Positions 31,261-49,065 of a stretch of DNA of 64,000 bases are shown one piece after another; position 1 is the stretch's first letter, and each line of letters begins with the position of its first letter. A model generated the notes under the pieces. The model saw nothing but the letters and a program-made list of their open reading frames with translations, was not told the origin of the DNA and did not search any database. The stretch lies in NCBI RefSeq assembly GCF_009914755.1, contig NC_060929.1; one strand, written 5' to 3'. A program made the translations under genes and the position numbers. This DNA comes from the human T2T-CHM13v2.0 reference genome, Homo sapiens.

Positions 31261-31452
31261 ACCAATAATTGGCATTTATATTTCTTTTGAAATCTAACAT
31301 TGTGTGAGATGGATGGTTGAGTAGAATCAAGTCTTACATAACTTACAAATAACTCAAGGTAAAAATACTTTTTTCGGAGTAATTAAATTCGCTGAAATGG
31401 AGTCATCTGTTAGAATACTTTTTCTTCTTTTTAAAAATACTATTCCAGAAGT

Positions 31453-31722
31453 GTTTTTGTTTTGTTTTTTGTGTTTTGTGTTTTTTGTTTGTTTGTTTGT
31501 TTTTGAGATGGAATTTTGCTCTTGTTTCCCAGGCTGGAGTGCAATGGCGGATCTTGGCTCACTGCAACCTCTGCCTCCCAGGTTCAAGGAATTCTCCTAT
31601 CTCAGCCTCCTGAGCAGCTGGAATTACAGGTGTCCTGTACCTGTAATTCCAACTACCTGGCTAATTTTTTGTATTTTTAGTAGAGGCGGGGTTTCACCAT
31701 GTTGGCCAGGCTGGTCACAAAC
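31453..31722 (-). mobile_element. 5'-truncated AluS containing a fold-back insertion
   Basis: Antisense Alu stops within the left monomer; duplication ccagaagt at 31445-31452 and 31723-31730. Confidence 0.92.
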
Positions 31723-32594
31723 CCAGAAGTACTTTTGAAAGCCAACTTTCATTTTAGAAGTTCTTTAATTTCAATTATTCACTCATCTGTATTTACTTAT
31801 CTGAAAGTTACTCTGATCAAGAACCAAATGGTGAATTTGTAAATTGGATGTTAACAACTCAACCCAATTGACATGTCAAAATAAAAGACCTCCACATAAC
31901 ACAGAGCATCCTATTTTTAAATGAGAAAATTGAGACCAAGGAGATTAAATGACCCTGGTTTAAACTGAGATAACTAACTGTTGTCACATTAGCACAATGT
32001 GTGATAACTAATTTTGGAGATAGGTCAGGAAACTAGATTCACAGAATGATTAGAAGCTAGAGGGCCCTCAGATTAGGCAAGCATTCAAACATCAGTAATA
32101 CTCAAGCACAAGAGAGTGGGGAGATGCAGTGGGTCAGAAACAGGCAAGAAATCCAAACAGCAAATACAGAGACACCTGCAACAGAGAGAACTAGAAATTA
32201 AACAATCCTGCTCCATGTAGAAATCTCTTGAAGTGGTTCGAGAGAGGAAGGTGGTATCCAAGGAGAGTGCAGGCCCTGATAGAGGAGACACTAAGGGGAC
32301 ATGGAGAGAGGCTCAAGGAAGGATGGGAAACTAGAGAATCGGGTGATGGTCTGAAGCTGTGGGTGTTTACCTGAAAAATTCTTGGTGGTAAATCAATATT
32401 TGGAAATTTGGGGGGAAATTGATTAGAGTGCAGACTGCCACTCACAACTAACTGAGCCAGTTCTCCCTTAGCCACTTGTCACCCGTCCTTTGCTTTCCCA
32501 TATAAATTTACTCTAGACTGTTGGAGACATGCCAGTAATTTCTATTAATATCTACTAGAGACTCATGTGAGAAGTGGGATATTAATTTAAATAG

Positions 32595-33018
<424 letters not shown>

Positions 33019-35055
33019 AGTACCTTGTTTTATATGCTCAAACAGGAGCAGTGAAACAGATTATCTTTTATTGGGTCTTCAGAGTTGACAAACACTCAGT
33101 ATTTACTTTTGACAGGGAATTTTAACTGCTGTTCAAATGGCTCTAGAGTGCAATGGGAAAGAGAAAAACCGCACTAGTTTTCCTTTTCTCACAAGGCACA
33201 TGAAGTACACTTCAGGCTACCATGGGTATTGGGCTATCACGAAGACTCAAGAGTTAGATAAGAATTGTAGTAACCCCAACCTTTCCCATTTTAGTGAACT
33301 TCAGTGGGCTATTTGTACAATAGTTTACTGCTGAAGATAATTCACAGCCCATATAATTCTACTTAAAGTCCATCTTTCAGTCTCTGTGGAATTATGACTT
33401 TGTTGTTTGGCTTTAATTTGCTGCTAGTGAAGGAAGGTTAATGACATGGTATACATTCTTTGCAGATGTAACTATTTTGCCCTGACAGAAGATGTACAGC
33501 AAAAGTTCATCAGAGCAAAAACAAAACCTATCAGAAAAAGCACTGAGGAAAGATTTTCTGAAGAGAGGTTTTCTACCTAAATAGGCTAAAGATTTCATTA
33601 AAATAGATAATGGAATTAATTCCTCTAGTTGTAGTTTTCTTTCTGAAAGACTGAGATAAATTTATCTAATTCTTTACAATGATAACCACCATATAAGTAA
33701 TAATCGCAATTTTCAAATCAGTTAGTAGAAAGTTTAGGCATAGACCAGAACCTTTGACTCCATTTACAAGATAAAGAGACTTTGAGTCTTCGTCACACTT
33801 GCATGGCCCATAGAGCATGGCACAAGGTCCCTACTCTTTCATTTTCCAGCTGGCATTTTCTAGGCCAAGACTCATGCACATTTAGATTATCCTCAAAGAC
33901 TAGTACTGAAAATTGCCTAGCCTTGTGAAAAAGAAATTTAAAAGTGTTCGAATCTACAGCCATGGAAAGGAATGCAGAAAATGTCAAAAAACAACTTTTT
34001 TCCTTCTGCTCTCAGAAGAGAGTGTGTTTCTCTGTTTATAATGAAGAGATGAGTATGGGATGGTACTACTGAATACATTTGATTTCAGCATCTTGAAATT
34101 ACAGAAACCAACTCCCTCAACTATTGCCAAATTCTAGAGGCTTCTTCCAACTCTTAATTGTAGTATGTATTTAGTTTTTATAAGACTAGTAATATGAAAA
34201 TTATGTCAAAATTGTTATTATGTGCATTCCATGTAAAAGGTATGATGTCTGTCTTTTTGACTTTTGTATGCTCAATCCTTAACAGAGTACCTGGAATATA
34301 GTCAGTATTCCATGTATATTTAATTCCCCAATAAATAATGAAAGTCATAGATGACTTATTTATTTACAACATTCAAAATGGATTATTTACATAGCACTTT
34401 ATGTTTTAAAATGTGCTTTTTATAGATGCTCAAATTTATGCTTTATTCAAAAATTCCAATAGGGCATGCCTGTTCCCTGAAACCTCCATGAGACCCAGTG
34501 ACACAGCAAGAAACACAGGTTGAAAGTATATAGTGGGGACTTAGCAAGAATTTCCTTATTCCTTAAAGTAGAGTGGATCCTTGAATATTGAAGTTCCACA
34601 TCCCCTTCATACTCATCAGTCCCTGCAAGCTTTCATTTAAAACAGTATAAACCATGGTTAGGAATCCTCTGAACTGGTAGGTTTCCACTCTACCTGGTGA
34701 GCTCCTCAAATTCTGGGCATGTTCTTGGGAGAAATAAAGGGAGGTGAGAAAAAGCCATATCTATTCATGTGTGTCTTTGATCTGGAGTATATTTTTGACT
34801 GCGTGTTTCTTGTTAGGTTATCAACCAAAGAGGAAATGACCATGTGTCCAAGTTATCATTCCAACCAATTCTCATACCTAAATTTGCTTTTGAGGTCTGG
34901 CCTGGTTCAATGCCCAAAGTATTCTAATGTGGATGGCTTTCTATTTTGACTTAATTTCAAGTTATTTCTTTAAGGGATCTTCAGGGCAATAAAGTTTTGT
35001 TTATTTGTTACAAAGAGTTCTTGAATTATCATTAGCAAATATTTGTGGTGCATCT

Positions 35056-35461
35056 ATTATGAACAAGCCAACTGAATTCATATGTTGATGTCCTAACCCC
35101 CCAGTATCTAGGAATGTGGTTGTGGTAGGAAGTAAGGTCTTTGCAGATGTAATTAAATAAAAATGAGGTCATTAGAGTGGGTACTAATCCAACATGAATG
35201 GTGTATTTATAAGAAGAAGAACATGTGGACACAGAAGCACCGAAGGAAGACAATGTGAAAGGCACAGGGAGAAAACAGTCATTGACAAGCCAAAGAAAAA
35301 GGCCTGAAGTAGAGCCTTCCTTGATGACTCTCAGAAGAAACCAACCCTTTGGCACCTTTATCTTGGACTTCTAGATTCCACAACTGTGAAAAAATAATCT
35401 CTGTTGTTTTAACCACCAAGTCGGGGGCATTTTGTTATGGCAGCCCTAGCAAACTAATACA
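35056..35461 (+). mobile_element. MLT1B/A-like solo LTR
   Basis: 'gtctttgcagatgtaattaa...atgaggtcattagagtggg...ttgttatggcagccctagcaaactaataca'. Confidence 0.88.
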
Positions 35462-37614
35462 ATAACAACACCACTTTACTTATTACTCTCCTTGACTAAG
35501 ATCTTACACTTAGTTCTACATCCTTGGATACAAGATGAAACTGAAATAAAATTTAGGCCACTTAGCAATTTAAATACAGAATATACAATGCAATAACTTA
35601 TATTTCCAGTAGCATCCTTCTGGTAATATGAAAGGGCTATTTTTTTCCATTAACAATCAGAAAATGATTTACAGAATGATTTTATTCTTGTGTGCAAAAA
35701 ATGCCTAGTGCATTTCTGGCATATAAATATGACTCTGTAAATATTAGTTTATTTTCCCTCTTGTTTCTGTACTACATGATTTTCCAAAATGGCAAGAACC
35801 TGGGAAGAATGAAGTAGCTGATAAAATTTATCTCGAAGCTCTTTTTCATGTCAGTAATTCTATCTTTCACTTTGGTAAACCCTTTCCAAATAACCAATGT
35901 TCTTACATTTACTTACCAAGTCGTAGGTCTAACCACTGAGATGTCAGAATTCCTAAGCCACATTTTCCACTTTCTCTTTTCTGTCAATCAGATGTTTTAT
36001 GTCCCACTGTCCGTTTTTTTCAGGAATATGCTCTGCTACCTTATGTGATAAATTTTGCGTACTACAGAAGCTATATTTGCTCCTCCATGCTTGTTGCCTC
36101 AGTCTCTAGGTAATTATAATTTAACGCATATGTTGTAAATTTAATGCAGTGCAAAAAATAACTTACTCTAGTTTTAGCTATAATGGCAAAAACATATTTT
36201 TAAGTGAACTGAATATTTGCTGTTTATAAAATCACATGCACATTCAGTTAAAATTTTTCTGAGTAATAATACATATGTACTAGATACAGCATTGTAATGT
36301 CCATTTCACATGTGTATTATAATCTCTGTTTTACAAGTAAGTGACCTGCTCTAAACCACATAGTTGGTAAATAATGAAACTGACATTCCAATTTTCTGAT
36401 TCAGATTCATTATTATTATTATTATTATTACTATTATACTCTATTATGTCTCATTTTGGCATCCCAATGTATTTGTAAATATTAGCACAAGTGAAGACAA
36501 AAAGAAAGAAAACATTAAAACCAAGTATTTCTTTTTTCTCTATCCAATTCCCTGCTCTGCACTTGTGTCTCCAGGGAAAAACACAAAAATTGATCGAAAC
36601 CTTAAGAATGTGGCAAGTTAATAGCACACATAAAAATGCCTACAGTTGTAAACAACAAGTCCTGGGTACTCCTTTAGAGTAAACTCTATATAAAATGAAT
36701 AAGTGACATAATATCTGGATAGCATCCTGAAAACAGAGATACCTAATTTTAAATGCATTTAGTGAAATAAATCTCATATATTTACATCTTAGCACTTTGC
36801 TGTCTTGGAAGAATAAGAAACACTTCAAAATGCTGTGTGTCTAAAGAATAAGAGAAATTGTGTACACCGAATTTTCCTCTCAGCACAACAGTGTTAAATT
36901 TTCTAGATGTCATCCTGAAAGAAGTAAAAATAATTACAAGCTGAGAGCAAAGTATACCTGACAAATGTAAAGCTTCTAGTTTGGGTCAAATGGGCAGTCC
37001 TGCCAGTATATTAGTAAATAAATGAAGTTCAGTAAGAAGATCACAGCATACATCAAGAATGGCAAAAATATTTAATTTTAAGTGCTCATTTCTTCAATTA
37101 CTAGTTACTACTTGATACCACCACAAGGTTAATAATAATGAGGGTGCTATCATTGATTACTGAATTCTGCTATGCACCTATTAGTTGCATTTGCTGTATC
37201 CTTGCACATATTTTTGAGCCCCAAACATAGTCACTTGCATATGTTTATCAAAATACTCCCATAAATATAAAATGTGGTGACAATAATATTGTCGAATTAT
37301 AACTAGATATTTTTCTATTCTGTAATACTATGAAAACTCATGACTGTGAATGATTAGATTAAAATTGTTCTTGTCTTTTGTGGATGTAGAAAACCACTCT
37401 AGTTGAGAAAATCTGATTAAATGGTAAGAGGAAGAAGTCCCATATAAGAGACCAAGGGATGCAGTCTGATGAGGGAAAATAAAAGAGAGAGAGAGAAGTC
37501 TAGAGTATCAACTGCATAACCCAATCCCTGTCTCTGGATAGTTCACTGATTACTACACTCCTTGCAGTGGGAGAATATTTTCAGTGATATTATTTAAAAG
37601 AAACAACAAATTAT

Positions 37615-37810
37615 TACAGGAAGAAGACAAACTAGAAGTGAATTCACCCAGTTGAAATCCCAATTTAGTTACTTACTAGAAATGTACTCTTATCCTCAGT
37701 AACTTCATAATAATATGGAGATAGCATCAACTATCTAGTTGGGTTGTTGAAAGTATTAGTAACAATGCAAGCAAAACACAGGTCACATGTTAGATGAGTG
37801 ATATCTAATA
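37615..37810 (+). mobile_element. MIR fragment
   Basis: 'ttgaaatcccaatttagttacttactag...gggttgttgaaagtatta'. Confidence 0.45.
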
Positions 37811-39399
37811 TTATTGACCTTCTACATGGCACTGGAAAATGTGACTAGGTTTCTAGCCTAACTGAGAAAAAATAAATTTGAAAATGAGCATGAAAATGTG
37901 CATTTTCACATAAAAATCAGGATTATTATATGTAAAGATATAAACATGTCCTGTGTAATATTCAGTCTACTTATTCCATTCTTTATCTTTGCATAGACTC
38001 CTGTGTTTTTCTCCTGATATTTGTCACTGATCTAAACCTCCCCACACTTATATAGGAGAGATTTTGAAAAAAAAAAAAGAGAAGCTTCAGCAAACAAATT
38101 AAAACAGAACATTTTCTTCCAAATCAAGCCATGTGCTGTGAATTAAACTACTGAGAAAAATAGACCTTATGCTCTACCCCATTCCTTATACCATGCTTAA
38201 AAAAAGTGATAGATCGTTGTTTATTAGAAATTTGTTCCTTGGCTTGAAGAGAATGATCTCTATCTTCAGTGTGCATAAATTTAAAATTGAGAACTAGATA
38301 TGAAGTCTAATTTTTTTGGGAAGTAATTCATCATGATGCTTTGATAATTAAAGGTTACTTCAGGCCACTGGAAAAAGGCAATGCAATTCTTTTCATCAGT
38401 TATCTATGCTATGTAAATAGTTTCCTATGGGTCTGGCAGTTAGATAACTGATTTGAGTCACACTTCTCAGGTGTGTAAATTTAGAGCCATTCTTTGAGTC
38501 TCATGCAGAGTAAGGGGAGGATGATGGAGGGCCATTTATGAGCAAATATAAAATTTAAAATGGACTTTGATTGTCCTCAATAGGGCTGAAAATTGTTACA
38601 GGCTTATAAAATAACCTCTGTGCCCAAAGAAGTCCTTCTGCTCCCAAAGGATAGGTCTCCATGAAGACTCGGGGTTCACTTTGCACATCACAGGATCCAA
38701 ACTGAAGAAGATTAAGGGAAGGCTTTTATAGGCACCCACTTTCCTCCCTTCTTTCTGATTACAAATATAATTTTGATCCCTTACTCTCCTGAGTACATTC
38801 TAGCTCCTACCAATTTCTCATTTCTGCTCAAAACCTTTGATGAAAAATAGGAAAGAGTTCCTTAGAATATATGAGACCATAGTCTAGAAATACCCTTTTA
38901 CATGGGTATAGCATATGCATGGGCTATTCTGCTTTGAGCATAGGAAGGGTACCACCTGTGACTGTCAGTGTGGACATGTCTCATAGTGTGGAGGTCCAGC
39001 CACAGCTGGAAGATCCCATAGCTTCCCACCATTCTGCTCTCATTTCACATGCAGCATGTACTGATTTCCTGCTACTTAGAAGAGACTGTTGCCGTCACTC
39101 ATTATTGCCCACTGTTTGGTACTATAAATTACCGAAACTTGAATTTCAGAAAAATCCTCCTAAAAGTCCTGCAAATTTTTTTCAAAAGTTTTCCATTGAG
39201 TATCCAGGAACTGAGTGGTTTCCTGTTCTGCTAAATATCTTCCTCCCTTCCTGATTTTCCAAACGCTTTCCTAAGAAGAAAAGCATTGGGAAACAATTAA
39301 AAGTCATCTATTGATCTTAAAGGTTCAGATTTACCTATTGCTCTTAACATCTCCTTTGCTAAGTGTGGTTGTAATTATTCTTCGCGGGTACTGCAAGGG

Positions 39400-39762
39400 T
39401 GTGGTAGGCAGAATAACGAGCCCCCAAAGATGGTCACAGCCTACTTCATGGAACCTGTGAATATGTTTCTAACATAATAAGAGACCTTGCAGATGTGATT
39501 GCCTTAAGGGTTTTGAGATGGGAAGATAACCCTGGGTTATCTGGGTGGGCAGCATGTAACACAGGATCCTTTGAGGTGAAAGAGATAGCCAAGAGATTCA
39601 GTGTTGAAGAAGCAGAAGTCGTTGGAGTGATATAATTGCTGGATTTGAAGATGGAAGGGGTTGCAAGCCAAGGAAGGCAGGCAGCCTCTAGAAGCTGGGA
39701 AAGGCAAAGGACACATTTTCCTCACTAGTCACTAGAAGAAACGCAGCCCTGCGGACACTTTG
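39400..39762 (+). mobile_element. MLT1D-like LTR (3' truncated)
   Basis: 'tgtggtaggcagaataacgagcccccaaagatg...tgctggatttgaagatggaagggg...ctagaagctgggaaaggcaa'. Confidence 0.88.
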
Positions 39763-40035
39763 CATGCTCCTAATCTTACCTCATGCCTAGTCCCAGTGTC
39801 CTACAGAGATTCTGGTATTCAGCTGGATCCTCAAATTGTTTGTAAATGAATACATAAATAAAAATATCTGCAAGCGTTAGTCAAATCAGAGGCCCCAGCA
39901 TTCCTCACTAGTATCTTTTATCTGTAGGACCCATATTTTGGGCCATCTGTATACTCAGAACCCCAGTACGCATTTCAAGTTTTCTGCCTTCCATTCTTAC
40001 CATTTCTACTATTTGGACCTAGTTTTTCCTCTCTC

Positions 40036-40340
<305 letters not shown>

Positions 40341-40502
40341 AGTTTTTCCTCTTTCTGTCTACAGCACTGAACACTGAGCCCTGCAATCAGAAATACCTAT
40401 ATGTCATTATCATTGATGGTGACAATAACAACAGAGGTTGCATAATAAATAAGAGAACTATGTAATGTTACAACTCATCAGGTGAAAACAGAAGATGTGG
40501 AG

Positions 40503-41493
40503 TGTATTAGTTAGAATCTCACCAGGAAAAGATAGCCACTTCAAGTATTGAAAACAGAAGTAGCATTGGTTTAATGGACCAAAGAGCTGAGACTCCAAAC
40601 AAGAAAGTGTATCACACTGATATTAGAAATAGAAGCCACTTGGTGTGGCAATTTGTCAAGGATCTAGAACTAGAAATACCATTTGACCCAGCCATCCCAT
40701 TACTGGGGGTAGACCCAAAGGATTATAAATCATGCTGCTATAAAGACACATGCACATGTATGTTTATTGTGGCACTATTCACAATAGCAAAGACTTGGAA
40801 CCAACCCATCAGTGATAGACTGGATTAAGAAAATGTGGCACATAAACACCTTGGAATACTCTACAGCCATAAAAAGGATGAGTTCATGTCCTTTGTAGGG
40901 ACATGGATGAAGCTGGAAACCATCATTCTCAGCAAACTATCACAAGGACAGAAAACCAAACACCGCATGTTCTCACTCATCGGTGGGAATTGAACAATGA
41001 GAACACTTGGATGCAGGAAGGGGAACATCACACACTGGGGCCTGTTGTGGGGTGGGGGTAGAGGGGAGGGATAGCATTAAGAGATATACCTAATGTAAAT
41101 GACGAGTTAACAGGTGCAGCAGACCAACATGGCACATGTATACATATGTAACAAACCTGCACGTTGTGCACATGTACCCTAGAACTTAAAGTATAATAAT
41201 AATAATAATAATGATAATAAAAGAAATAGAAGCCACTACCACCCACAGGCTGGGACAGAGGAAACAGACAGGGTGATTACTGTGGCAAAGAGAGAGGTGA
41301 AGAAAAGACTTGGCTCTCCCTTTCCTTTACCCTCCAATCTTCTGCCAGTACTTCTCACTGGTCAGACCCATCCAGAAGCTCACTGACATGAAAGTGTGGA
41401 AGATCACCCCTAAAATATAGAGCAGAGTGTGGAGGACAGAGTGAATGTAGAATAAAGAATGGATCTGAGTTCAAACATGTCAAGAAACAGCAT
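40503..41493. mobile_element. Old ERVL-type LTR (LTR33-like) hosting an L1
   Basis: 'tgtattagttagaatctcaccaggaaaa' start and 'ggatctgag...aagaaacagca' end resemble the LTR33 family. Confidence 0.4.
40641..41221 (+). mobile_element. 5'-truncated L1PA4/5-like element
   Basis: ORF2 C-terminus ([16 protein letters not shown]), 3' UTR and (AAT)n tail; perfect 16-bp TSD agaaatagaagccact at 40625-40640 and 41222-41237. Confidence 0.96.
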
Positions 41494-43431
41494 GCAAAGG
41501 GAAGGGATTTATACTTATATGAAAGTGTATAGGGAATCTAATTACCTCTAAAGTGGTTTTTAATTTACCATTAGTCGAAAAGTTAAAGTAATCTTAAGTG
41601 CTATCAACTATAACAAAATCTGGAAAAGGCACACCTCTTAAACTACTTAAAGTAATAAAAATAATCTCTTATTAAACAGTGCCAAATAGAAGGTAGTTTA
41701 GGACACTCCGTACACCCAACTTGCTTCTGTGCTAGCACATGTAGCTCTTAAGATAAACATGAGAGAAACGCAAACTATGCCAAGGCAGAGAAAGAGAAAT
41801 GCAGCCAACATCAACTGATAAATACGTGTTTTCCAAGAGGCTTACCTAAAGTGTGGGCTGATTTTTCTGTTGAAGCAATATAAAGTGTCCTTTAGACCTT
41901 GAAGAGTTGGAAATAACACCTTGAGCTAAAAAGATAAGAAAAAATTAAATAATGTCATGGAATGTGTATAGGACAAGGAGACATGAAGTACTTGGCAACT
42001 GTCAAGTTTTAAGCTAATGGGAATTTTCCTATAAACTTAGAAAGGTTGGTTTCTGACATTGAGGTATGATAAGTGTTGTCCTTTATTTCTTCTTCTTTCC
42101 TGCCTTATCATTCAGCAGAAAAATAAACCATCACTTGATGATTTGTGACCTAAATTTCAGAACGTTAGCTCTCATTCCAGGTACACAAAAGAATATATCA
42201 TTTTGTTATGATGAATTACCTATCTGTCCATTGAAAACATTGGGCTTTTTCTGGGTTTTGGACTTAATATATATTATCATTGAGAAGTTCATGATGACAG
42301 CTTATTTTGTAGAGTTGAAAGAATATTTTTTAAAAAGGCAATATGTTGGTCAATAAAATAATTACAAGTTTTGTGTCATTAAAGCACTATGGATATTTCT
42401 TTTTCAATTGCCTCCTGATAATTTTGCCATCATTAATTTTCATACTCTGGAACCAACTATTTAAGCTGTGCTATTGTATCACCTTTATCTGTAAAGTCCA
42501 GATTCTAACCTAGTGTACTCAGTGAAGATACCACTTTTGGTTGCCAAAACCCACAGGCATTTTTTTAAGCCACAGGAATTTTGTCTGTTAATCCTTGTCT
42601 TTGCAGTACTTGCTAGCACCTTCTCATCTATATGTATTTTGTTCATATTTGTTCCTAAGGATTTCTAAACATCTGGACATGTTTTTCTGTAAATTAGTTA
42701 TGAGCTCTTTAAAGGTATGGAAAATGACTTACTGCATCTGACGTAGAAACTAGTGTATATTAAGTGACAGCCACTCGCAAATATATTTATTTTCACACAC
42801 TTTTATTATTTCTTTCCTTGTGTTATTTTTCCATATCCATTTTAAATGAAAAAGTATATTCCTCAGTTTCCTAAATGCAGAATTAGCTCTGAAATTTTTT
42901 CTAAGAGTAATTTTGTTGAAGATAAGTCCTTGGGCATCCATTATTCCCAACCAAATGCATCAGGACCAGATGAAATGTCTTTAAATAATGCAAAACATCA
43001 TAGTTACATTCATGAGCTGGTTGAGTTACATAAAGTTTAGAATCAAAAGTGCTAGAAATAACGAGCACAAAGATTAATGTGACATGATTCCTGCCTTCAT
43101 GTAGTTTACTTGTAATGGGAGACAGATCAAGTGAACAATGCAAGATGTTTGGTGTGGTGGGTGAAATTGTGTCCTCCCGAAAGAATTCATATATTTAAGC
43201 ACTAATCCCAAGTAACTCAGAATGCAGCCATATTTGAAGATAGGCCATTCAAGAAGTGATTAAGTAAAAATGAGGTAATTAGGGTGGGTCCTAATCCAAT
43301 CTGGTTGGTGTCCTTATAAGAAGAGGAAATCTGCATGCACCCAGAGATGCCAGGGATGCATAAGCATAGAAAAAAGACTGTGTAAGAATCATTAATAAGG
43401 CAGCCACTTATTAACAACAACAGAGGCCTCA

Positions 43432-43513
43432 GCTCAGCATGGTGGCTCATGCCTGTAATCCCAGCACTTTGGGAAGCTGAGGCAGAAGGATCACTTGGGC
43501 TCAAGCGTTTGAG
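43432..43513 (+). mobile_element. AluJ, 5' part (split by L1)
   Basis: 'gcatggtggctcatgcctgtaatcccagcactttggg...tcacttgggctcaag'. Confidence 0.9.
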
Positions 43514-47464
<3,951 letters not shown>

Positions 47465-47467
47465 GAG

Positions 47468-47739
47468 AGAGATCAAGACCAGTCTGGGAAACACAGCAAA
47501 ACCCTATCTAGCTCTACAAAAAAATACAAAAATCAGCCAGACAAGGTGGCTCATGCCTGTGGTCCCAGCTACTCAAGAGGCTTAGGTGGGAGGATGGCTT
47601 GACTGGGGAGGTCAAGGCTGCGGTGAGCTAAAATAATGACACTGCACTCCAGCCAGCCTGGATGACAGAGCCAGACCCTGACCCCCCCCAAAAAAAGAAA
47701 AGAAGAAAGAAAAAGAAAAAGAAAAAGAAAAAGAAAAAG
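47468..47739 (+). mobile_element. AluJ, 3' part, with (GAAAAA)n tail
   Basis: 'tcaagaccagtctggg...ggaggtcaaggctgcggtgagc'. Confidence 0.9.
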
Positions 47740-48329
47740 ATGCCTCAGTAGAAGCCAAACCTGCTCATACCTTGAGCTTGGGCTTCTAGCCTTCAGAACT
47801 GTCAGCAAATAAATATCTGTTGTTGGAATCTATTATATTTTGTTATAACAGCCTTAGCAAAAAAATACATTTGGTGAGTCCTGCAATGGGTGTAAGCATG
47901 AGCTGATTTAAAGAGCCAATAGAGGGTCTTAAGATAGTTTTTAGTGTTATTATACACCATAAAGAAAACCTCCTTTACATTGTACTTTATGTTATCTGGG
48001 TATGTTCTGGGAAATATTACTGTATGTCAGCACACAATTTATCTCTTGTGTGCTTGTATACATACAAATATATTTATTATCCAGATTGATTATTTCCAAG
48101 AAAATAAGCTAGAGATAGCCAGAAGGCAGAAGACCCAAATAAACTATTACATTTAGCTAGCAGCCTTCAAAACCTGAATGTATGACCAGAACTGCACAAA
48201 TGGAAATTTGAGAACAGATTTGTAATTTCTAGGTCTTGTGTGAAGTTACATGAAAAAGATGATAGAATCATTTTAGAATTATTTTCACTGATTAACTCTA
48301 CAGCCAAAAAAAAAAAAAAGGCAGTTCTT

Positions 48330-49065
48330 TAAACAGCTCCTACTGAGATGATATTTTTTTCTGGCTTTTGCCTGATTTGCGTTATAAGTCCTTTAATATT
48401 AAATACTCAATTTGTCCCCATTGAAACAAGGAGGATAGGTCCACAGGCACAGAAGGTAAGTGAGTAGGTCCTTCAGGATCAAGCATTGTTTTCCTTAGTC
48501 TGAGAACTCAATTTTAGGCAGATCTCAAGTCCCACAAGTACTGTGTCCCCATGGTTGGGGGGTGGGGGGTGGTGGCAAGTAGATGACTTATACCGTTCAG
48601 AAGTAGAGTGAGGACATTAAGGTAAGTACCCAGTGCAATTGGAAAGAAAGTAAAACATGCCATCAACACCCTCTTTTCTCCCTTTTCTGGCTCCCAAGCT
48701 GTTTATGTTCTGGCTCCTCAGGTGTCCAAGCCCTCTTAGCTGCCGTCTAACTTTGTAGAGTTCTGTACCATGACCTCCTGCACCTGCCCGTCCTCCCCAG
48801 GAGTAGTAGAAAATATGTTTTCTTTAAAAAAGTATTTTGCTTTGCTCAAAAATACTTAATCTGATAAAACTAATGTGTAATAGGATTTTTATGGTAGATG
48901 TTTATAAGCCTTCATGAGCCTGAAAGACGTACACATTTACCTTCTGTGCCTGTAGAGCTATCCTATTTGTTTCAATGGGGACAAACTGAGTATTAAATAT
49001 TAAAGGAATGATAATGCAAATTAGGCAACAGCCAGAAAAAAAAACATTCCAGTAGGATCCGTTTA
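48330..49065. repeat. Inverted duplication (arms 48330-48481 and 48915-49065)
   Basis: About 85% identity over ~152 bp by hand alignment; the right arm is flanked by the 18-bp direct repeat tttatggtagatgtttat. Confidence 0.94.

Noticed and set aside
48330-49065. Long-TIR DNA transposon (MULE/piggyBac/foldback)
   Set aside because: The ends match no TIR I recognise, and the direct repeats flank only the right arm.
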